Source of the DNA: Candidatus Saccharimonadota bacterium
GTDB taxonomy: Bacteria; Patescibacteriota; Saccharimonadia; Saccharimonadales; Saccharimonadaceae
NCBI GenBank assembly: GCA_001897305.1
Contig: MKSO01000001.1
Span: 690,001-722,000, forward strand
Length of the DNA: 32,000 nt
Direction of reading: 5' to 3'
The position numbers were made by a program, and so were the translations under genes. The notes below the pieces were generated by a model. The model was not told where the DNA came from. It did not search any database and saw nothing but the letters and a program-made list of their open reading frames with translations. This document shows positions 10,226 through 16,954 of the stretch, one piece after another. Position 1 is the stretch's first letter. Each line of letters starts with the position of its first letter.

Positions 10226-10280
10226 GAGCCGGAAGCCCCAGAGCGCACATGGCGTACGCGCTTACTGGGGCCACCGGCTC
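10226..10280. other. GC-rich imperfect palindrome (hairpin A, about 18 bp in three helices)
   Basis: GAGCCGG (10226-10232) pairs with CCGGCTC (10274-10280). CCCCAG (10236-10241) pairs with CTGGGG (10265-10270). AGCGC (10242-10246) pairs with GCGCT (10258-10262). A competing 6-bp hairpin, GCCACC (10270-10275) with GGTGGC (10281-10286), overlaps its 3' arm. Confidence 0.7.
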
Positions 10281-10392
10281 GGTGGCGATCTTCTGCGCGT
10301 CGGCGAAGGTGGCCCCGACGAAATGCCGAAGCGCTCGGGCGGGGAGAGAGTGCCCTAGATGATCGTCACATCTCGCTGGCCGCGCAGGGCGG

Positions 10393-10530
10393 TCAGGCGG
10401 TCGCGACGTCGCCGGCGAGTATCGAGATGCCCACGCCGGCCGAGTTGCCGAACTTCGTCATGGTGTTGAGGTTGTCGATGCCATCTCGGCAGGTCGGCGA
10501 CGACGTGGAGCGCATGGTGGTGCCGGTCAT
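10393..10530 (-). CDS. Candidate 45-aa ORF with high-GC (actinobacterial-type) codon usage; function unknown
   Basis: The ORF runs from ATG to TGA and encodes MTGTTMRSTSSPTCRDGIDNLNTMTKFGNSAGVGISILAGDVATA. 42 of 45 codons end in G or C. GAAAGG lies 8 nt upstream of the ATG, and an in-frame TGA sits 10 codons upstream. It is too short for the supplied track. The antisense frame that shares the same third codon positions is also GC3-rich, so the strand assignment is not certain. Confidence 0.35.
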   Translation of the reverse strand: MTGTTMRSTSSPTCRDGIDNLNTMTKFGNSAGVGISILAGDVATA

Positions 10531-10598
10531 GGTTGTGACCTTTCTGCCCGACTGCGGGCATCATGTGCTTTCACCCAAACTGGTGACTCCCTAGCAAG

Positions 10599-10659
10599 TC
10601 ACTAGCGGGTCAACGACCAAGAACTTTTATTTTAGCCTTGGTAGTTGACCCGCTAGTGA
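10599..10659. other. Long hairpin B (16 bp, a 1x1 mismatch, then 6 bp; 15-nt loop)
   Basis: TCACTAGCGGGTCAAC (10599-10614) pairs perfectly with GTTGACCCGCTAGTGA (10644-10659). The inner ACCAAG (10616-10621) pairs with CTTGGT (10637-10642). Confidence 0.75.
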
Positions 10660-10666
10660 AGCCTAA

Positions 10667-10682
10667 GTACTGTCGAATTATC
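10667..10682. repeat. Right inverted repeat GTACTGTCGAATTATC
   Basis: Exact reverse complement of 10196-10211. Confidence 0.9.
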
Positions 10683-10726
10683 ATAGTATCTCTTGGGAGC
10701 AATGCTCAACCTCAAGATTAGATGTT

Positions 10727-10755
10727 ATTATACAAATATTTTATTTATACGTTAA
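10727..10755 (-). promoter_or_regulatory. Promoter-like TTAACG-17 nt-TATAAT pointing into the GC island
   Basis: Minus sense: TTAACG (reverse complement of 10750-10755), a 17-nt spacer, and TATAAT (reverse complement of 10727-10732). The context is AT-rich, so a chance match is possible. Confidence 0.35.
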
Positions 10756-10781
10756 CAATATTTTTTAATAATCACAGAATA

Positions 10782-12086
<1,305 letters not shown>

Positions 12087-12089
12087 CTA

Positions 12090-12098
12090 ATTATACCA
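12090..12098 (-). promoter_or_regulatory. Extended -10 box TGgTATAAT, 9 nt upstream of the obg ATG
   Basis: Minus-sense sequence is atatGGTATAATtagttaaatATG. Confidence 0.45.
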
Positions 12099-12099
12099 T

Positions 12100-12127
12100 A
12101 TCGAGCCCTATTTTAACAGGGCTCGAT
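12100..12127 (-). terminator. 10-bp stem-loop downstream of the LysM-CHAP gene; terminator candidate without a U-tract
   Basis: ATCGAGCCCT (12100-12109) pairs with AGGGCTCGAT (12118-12127) around an 8-nt loop. It lies 15 nt after the stop codon at 12142. Confidence 0.5.
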
Positions 12128-12141
12128 GGCTTGGGGACGAT

Positions 12142-13167
12142 TTAGTGAATGAAAGCGTAATTACTGACAGTTGAAGCGGGAATAACACGTTCGGCAAGGT
12201 TGTAGAGACGGTAGCCATAGTTCATATCGGTAATACGAAGGTCACCATTGGCATAGATTTCCTCAACGACACCAACGTGGTTACCTGATTGGATAACCGC
12301 ACCTACTTCTGGAATACTGTTTACTACATAGTTAAAGGCTCGTGCTTGGGTTGCCCAAGTATAGGCGTTACCAAGCTGGCTAGGAACAGGTCGGCCGATT
12401 TGGGCACGACGGTAATATGCATAAGCCGTACAGTTACCAGGTGCGTATCCACCGCTGTTAGCGTCAACACCTGTAAAGATACGCATACTTAGCACGTTAC
12501 CACCCCAGGCACCTACACCAGTAACAAAACCTGTTGAATAGTGGATAGCAGGTGAAATGTATCCAGGTCGTTCCTCGTTAGGCAGAACACCGTTAGGGAT
12601 GATGATCTTAAGACCGGTGGTAACACCATTAATTTCGAGGTCGTTGTAGGTAGCGATTAGTGAAGCGTCACCCTTATATTTGTCGGCAATAGACTGGAGC
12701 GTGTCACCATCTTTTACTGTATAAACAATACCGTTTACCGGAAGAACATCAAGTGTTGCGCCGGGTTTAATGCTATCGCTCTCTTTTAGGTTATTCGCCC
12801 AACGAACTGTGTTCTCGTTAATACCAAACTTACCTGCAACGCTCGCAACGGTGTCACCGTCAGCAATGGTATACGTACTAATATTACGGCTTGCCATTGA
12901 AAGTTGAACAATTGCCGGTTTACTAATGCTAGAAGTATCCGTACTCTGGTTCTGATATTGGCTTTGAACGCGCGTTGAAATAGCAAGTTCAGTAACGTTT
13001 GGTGCGACTGCAAGTTCTGCAGCGGTCGCAACAGATGCGGCGATATTCGTTGCTACAACATCGTTGACAGCAGGTTTATCGGTATCAGCTATGTTTGCAA
13101 CAGGTGCAGCCGAGACGGCAGCCGATGACTGCTCTGGAGCTCGGTACCCAACGGCTATAACCGCCAC
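12142..13167 (-). CDS. Peptidoglycan hydrolase with 2x LysM and a C-terminal CHAP (Cys/His amidohydrolase-peptidase) domain; the true 5' end is probably further upstream
   Basis: LysM repeats: YTIADGDTVASVAGKFGINENTVRWANNL and YTVKDGDTLQSIADKYKGDASLIATYNDL. CHAP signature: PGNCTAYAYY (Cys) and GNHVGVVEEI (His). The frame stays open for about 100 codons upstream of the GTG at 13167 and encodes KKRSQKGRIKSSTVAIYASVFVLLVAVIAVGY, a signal anchor. See the findings entry. Confidence 0.8.
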   Translation of the reverse strand: MAVIAVGYRAPEQSSAAVSAAPVANIADTDKPAVNDVVATNIAASVATAAELAVAPNVTELAISTRVQSQYQNQSTDTSSISKPAIVQLSMASRNISTYTIADGDTVASVAGKFGINENTVRWANNLKESDSIKPGATLDVLPVNGIVYTVKDGDTLQSIADKYKGDASLIATYNDLEINGVTTGLKIIIPNGVLPNEERPGYISPAIHYSTGFVTGVGAWGGNVLSMRIFTGVDANSGGYAPGNCTAYAYYRRAQIGRPVPSQLGNAYTWATQARAFNYVVNSIPEVGAVIQSGNHVGVVEEIYANGDLRITDMNYGYRLYNLAERVIPASTVSNYAFIH

Positions 13168-13636
13168 CAGTAGTACAAAGACACTGGCATAAATAGCAAC
13201 AGTGGACGATTTAATACGACCTTTTTGGGATCGCTTTTTAGTAGTTTGTGCTGGTACGTCTTGAGGACGTACAACAGCTGCCCCACCCTGGGTAGTACGA
13301 ATACTACCGCTCGTAATATCATTACGAATTATCGTTCTCCTGCCGCTCGGATTTCTCTCGAGGGCGTCTACCGTACTTAGTCTTACTTCTTTTAACTTCG
13401 TAAAAGAAAAGGATACATGTCGACCAGTGTTTAATATTATAGTTTCTGGTATCCGTGCGACTTTTCAGATAGGCGCATTAAGCTTCACTTCCCCACTCGC
13501 AGGTGCTTTCGGCATATGTTTGTATTGGCCGGAGGTAACACTAGTAGATGTGAAACACTCAATGTGCTTATATTATTGTAGCAACTATGGCTTTTTATGT
13601 CAATTTATTTTATAGTATTGGCAATTTGTCAAATAA

Positions 13637-14881
13637 CTAGAGTATTTGACACTTAGTTTGGCAATGATTTTTAATATTTGCCTCGTGCTCAGCATTAGTA
13701 CGTGCGAAATAGGTTGTATTGTCGTCACCACTTAGGAAATATAAGTAGTCACCGCTAGTGGGATTAGCCACCGCCAACAAAGCCTTTTCACCCGGTGTGG
13801 CTATAGGCCCTGGGGGAAGCCCCGTATAGCGTCGGGTGTTATACGGTGAATCAAGATTGGGATCACGTGGCACACCTGTTTTATCGGCGATATATTGGTA
13901 GGTTACATCCGAACCTAGTGGCATACCGGCGGCAAGTCGGTTATAAAATACTTCCGCAATTTGGGGCATATCACTGCCACTTGGGCTTGCCTCCCGTTGG
14001 ATAATTGAAGCAAGGGTAATCCCCTGATATAAAGTCAGTTCTTTATCGCTATACTTCTTTGCTAGATTATTTTCACTTATTACAGAATAATACTGTTCAA
14101 ATGTTTTCTCTAAGACTACTTCCACACTCGTATCAGTGTTGAAGGCATACGTTTCCCCGTATATGTATCCCTCTAAATCGGCACTGGCTGGCTTGCCATC
14201 AAAGAGCGGCGAAGTGTACGAAGCTCTAAGCGCAGCATCTACTTCGTTCTCACTATACCCCGCATCAATCAACACTTTCCGGTTTTGCGCAAGCGTATTA
14301 CCCGGAAGAAATGTAATAGAGAATGTATCAACGCTTCCATTTACTAAATGATCGACAATCTGAGGCGTTGACTCGGAAGGCGAGAGCCGATACGACCCTG
14401 CTTGTAATTTATTCTGTACATTTTGCATACGAGTATACCAAAGAAACACGTCGGCATTTCGCACCAAACCAGCCTTTTGCAGTGTGTTTGCAATATCGGT
14501 AGGAGTGTTGCCACTTTCAATTTTTACGAGTTGCTTTGTTTTGTCGCCCGGCTTAACCGCTGAAAGCTGAAGATTATACCAGACAACAACGCCGGCAATC
14601 AGCGCAGCAATTACTACAATAATCGTCCCTATAATCCACAGATTCCGCTTCCAGCGCGGTTTACGAACAGACTTCGCCTTAATACCTGTCGTATCTGCTA
14701 CCAACGGCTGAGGTTGAAACTGCTGCGGCTGTTGCGGAGGAGCCGATGGCTGGGGTGATATATTTTGGTTTTGCGGTGACCGAACAGAAACTGGCTGCGG
14801 TGCGGGTGATGGTGTAGCCTGGGGCGCGGGCCTCGGCCGTTGCGGCTGTTGTGGGCGCGGGACACGACCGAAATTATCCAT
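13637..14881 (-). CDS. mltG: Endolytic murein transglycosylase MltG (YceG family) with a Pro/Gln-rich N-terminal extension
   Basis: 414 aa. One TM segment (IIGTIIVVIAALIAGVVVWY). YceG core motifs: ASIIQREA, FYNRL, LGSDVTYQY, YNTRRYTGLPPGPI and NTTYFARTNAEH. Confidence 0.9.
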   Translation of the reverse strand: MDNFGRVPRPQQPQRPRPAPQATPSPAPQPVSVRSPQNQNISPQPSAPPQQPQQFQPQPLVADTTGIKAKSVRKPRWKRNLWIIGTIIVVIAALIAGVVVWYNLQLSAVKPGDKTKQLVKIESGNTPTDIANTLQKAGLVRNADVFLWYTRMQNVQNKLQAGSYRLSPSESTPQIVDHLVNGSVDTFSITFLPGNTLAQNRKVLIDAGYSENEVDAALRASYTSPLFDGKPASADLEGYIYGETYAFNTDTSVEVVLEKTFEQYYSVISENNLAKKYSDKELTLYQGITLASIIQREASPSGSDMPQIAEVFYNRLAAGMPLGSDVTYQYIADKTGVPRDPNLDSPYNTRRYTGLPPGPIATPGEKALLAVANPTSGDYLYFLSGDDNTTYFARTNAEHEANIKNHCQTKCQIL

Positions 14882-15281
14882 GGTGCTGCTCCAAATAATC
14901 CTGAAGAATTAACGTCGCGGCGTAGGCATCAATATCACCCTTAGTATAGGGTTTTTTCTGTGCAACAAGACGCTGCTCCGCAATAACGCTCGTTAGAGAT
15001 TCATCTTGAAAAACGATCGGGACCGTCAACCGGGAAAGCTTTTGCGTAAAAGCTTCTACAAATGCCGTCTGAGCAGTGGCTTCACCTTGTTGGTTACGGG
15101 GATACCCTACTACTAAAGTGGTCGCATTTTCATCACGCACTAAACGCGCAATACCATCCACTTCGTTACCGTCTACCTCTAGGGTAGTAAGTGGGAACGC
15201 AATACGGACGCCCGTATCCGCTTTTGCCACACCGATACGCTTCTCACCCACGTCCAGGCTGATCAGCGTTTGGCTACTCAT
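14874..15281 (-). CDS. ruvX: Putative pre-16S rRNA nuclease / Holliday junction resolvase-like protein RuvX (YqgF)
   Basis: 135 aa. Contains ISLDVGEKRIGVAKAD, LVVGYPRNQQG and FQDESLTS. It overlaps each neighbouring gene by 8 nt. Confidence 0.85.
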   Translation of the reverse strand: MSSQTLISLDVGEKRIGVAKADTGVRIAFPLTTLEVDGNEVDGIARLVRDENATTLVVGYPRNQQGEATAQTAFVEAFTQKLSRLTVPIVFQDESLTSVIAEQRLVAQKKPYTKGDIDAYAATLILQDYLEQHHG

Positions 15282-16953
15282 CCTTAACTTTAAACTCGAT
15301 ATTTATCTTGCTAGTGTTATTTGGAACAGTTCGAACCCAGAAATATGAGAATTGAACATCAACTTCTTGGACACCGTCAATTGCCTCAAGGCTTTGTTGT
15401 ACTTCACCGTAGCGCTTGCCTTTTACTTGGTCCTTTACGGCCGCCTCGTCAATTTTAGGGCCAACGCTTCCCGTTGCGTTCACTGTTGCCAGCAAGGTGT
15501 CACCGTCTTGCTTAAAGTTGCCCACCGTCGCACCGTCTATACCCGTGCTATATACCTTCTGACTATTAGCGTTATCAAGTTTGGCATTGAGGTAGGCCTT
15601 TAGGTAACTGTCAAGGTCGGCCTTGGCAATTGCCTGAATTGTATAGGTCGTCGGAACAGTTAGCGTTGCCTTACCGGTTGGCGCTTCCTGGTTGACCGCT
15701 GGATTTGAAGTTGCGTCTCCGCGCACGACGGTAAAGCTACTATCTATAACGATTTCGCCATTAGTAAACGATTTAATAAGTGCTTTTTTCTCATCATCTG
15801 TCGATTTGCCCAGTAAGTCGCCTTTGGCACGCTCGAGATCGTCGGCACTGACTACTTTCGCAATCTTGGATGTTCCCCCGGCTGTCGGGCCTTGGAAAGT
15901 ACCGGTTGTTCCGCTTGGACCGGTGGCAGTACCGGTCGCACCGTTGTAGTTAGTGCCTGATTCAGCCGCGGTAACTGTTACCGTTGCTGATTGAGCACAG
16001 TAACTCGGGAAACAAGGCTGACTAGCAGGAATTATTACATCTTTATCCGTATTAAACACGAGTCCGGTTGTAGTGGTGAAGCCACTTCCTGCTGGAAGGG
16101 TGTAGTCAGACTGCGTTAAGCGTGAAACTTTGAGGGTACCTGTCGCTTTTGACCCAACATCTTTTTGACCAGTGGCAGCAAATTCAAGCGTGACGTCTTT
16201 CTTGTCTTGCTTAGATACCGAACTAACAATACCCTGTTGGTAATTGGTTGCTGCAGTGCCGCCCAGCTTGATACTCGCACTAACCGGTGTTGGTGTGGTG
16301 CGTGCAGTAATAATAACTGTCGCTGCAGGAGCAAAAACAAACATCCAAATTAACAGGGCTACAAGCGCAATGCCTCCGCCGATACCTAGGAAAAGTTTCT
16401 TGCGGAATGTATCAAAATTAGGAATCTTAGGGCGATTCTTACCCTTGACTCCGGCAGTTTTAGCAGCTCCCCGACGGGCAGTTGCAGCCGCCGCAGCGCC
16501 AACCGCAACATCTTCACCATCAATATTTAAGTCGGTGGCGTCAATCGCCTCGCTGCGACTGTCGTCCGCAGCTGGTTTTGTCCCGTCTTTTACCTTTACC
16601 GTCGCGGCATGATCACCCACTGGAAGATCTGCGCCATCGATAATATCGTCACCGTCGTCAACAATTAATGCCGGTACTTCTGCAAGTTCGGGTTTACTCT
16701 GCAGGTTTTTCGCTACTGGAATTTTAGCGTTTGCCGCAAGGCCAATAAGTGCCTGGTTATTAGTAATGAGGACAAGTTGTTTCTTGTCGGTTTTCGCCAT
16801 GCGCTCGAGTAGGCGCAAATTAACAGCACTTTGAAGAGCACCAGCCCGTTTTGGTGGTACTAACGCGACGATTTTTTCTTTGGCACTTTTGATTTTACCA
16901 ATAATGGCCGTGACATCGTCGTCAACATCAATGTATATAACGTCTTTGTTCAT
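15274..16953 (-). CDS. Hypothetical bitopic membrane protein (559 aa) translationally coupled to ftsA
   Basis: N-terminal globular domain of about 95 aa (VIYIDVDDDVTAIIGKIKSAKEKIVALVPPKRAG). An Ala/Asp/Gly-rich linker follows. One TM segment (LFLGIGGGIALVALLIWMFVFAPA). About 345 aa of Thr/Ser/Gly-rich extracytoplasmic domain. I recognise no family. The start codon lies 1 nt after the ftsA stop. Confidence 0.7.
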   Translation of the reverse strand: MNKDVIYIDVDDDVTAIIGKIKSAKEKIVALVPPKRAGALQSAVNLRLLERMAKTDKKQLVLITNNQALIGLAANAKIPVAKNLQSKPELAEVPALIVDDGDDIIDGADLPVGDHAATVKVKDGTKPAADDSRSEAIDATDLNIDGEDVAVGAAAAATARRGAAKTAGVKGKNRPKIPNFDTFRKKLFLGIGGGIALVALLIWMFVFAPAATVIITARTTPTPVSASIKLGGTAATNYQQGIVSSVSKQDKKDVTLEFAATGQKDVGSKATGTLKVSRLTQSDYTLPAGSGFTTTTGLVFNTDKDVIIPASQPCFPSYCAQSATVTVTAAESGTNYNGATGTATGPSGTTGTFQGPTAGGTSKIAKVVSADDLERAKGDLLGKSTDDEKKALIKSFTNGEIVIDSSFTVVRGDATSNPAVNQEAPTGKATLTVPTTYTIQAIAKADLDSYLKAYLNAKLDNANSQKVYSTGIDGATVGNFKQDGDTLLATVNATGSVGPKIDEAAVKDQVKGKRYGEVQQSLEAIDGVQEVDVQFSYFWVRTVPNNTSKINIEFKVKDE

Positions 16954-16954
16954 C

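Larger units (their letters stand above)
10196..10682. mobile_element. 487-bp high-GC element flanked by inverted repeats: candidate MITE-like, foreign-cassette or invertible segment
   Basis: Perfect 16-nt terminal inverted repeats. The core (10261-10560) contains 200 G+C in 300 nt by my count, against 45-50% in neighbouring coding lines and 32% in 10681-10740. It holds GC3-rich reading frames and subterminal hairpins at both ends. No transposase or recombinase gene is in the window. Confidence 0.4.

Noticed and set aside
10083-10274. 63-aa minus-strand ORF running from the island across the sbcB promoter into the sbcB start
   Set aside because: It reads through the left inverted repeat, the U-tract terminator and the sbcB -10 box and start codon. 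Composition changes abruptly along it. It is most likely an accidental open frame.
10355-10564. 69-aa ORF from the track (MMPAVGQKGHNHDRHHHALHVV...RRRRRDRL) inside the GC island
   Set aside because: The Arg/His-rich composition and only moderate GC3 are typical of an out-of-frame translation of high-GC DNA. The overlapping 45-codon frame has far stronger GC3 bias (42 of 45 codons) and an SD-like GAAAGG.
10196-10682. Possibility that the GC-rich segment is a known structured RNA (RNase P RNA, tmRNA or SRP RNA) or an integron cassette
   Set aside because: I could not find the RNase P conserved GAGGAAAGUCC or ACAGAAxxCGGCUUA blocks, a tmRNA GGGG...UCCACCA frame, or a tag ORF. The attC cores do not fit RYYYAAC/GTTRRRY exactly, and no integrase is nearby. 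The periodic G/C at third positions points to a protein-coding origin. An Infernal/Rfam scan would be decisive.
13330-13583. c-di-AMP (ydaO/yuaA) riboswitch in the leader of the LysM-CHAP hydrolase
   Set aside because: The conserved GGGGACCCA, GGUGAAUCC and CCCGAACCCG elements of the ydaO motif are absent. Only a GUGGGGAAG fragment is present.
13626-13652. AT-rich inverted repeat TTGTCAAATA/TATTTGACA spanning the mltG stop codon, considered as a terminator
   Set aside because: The stem is short and all A/T, no U-tract follows, and half of it is coding sequence. It is too weak to call.
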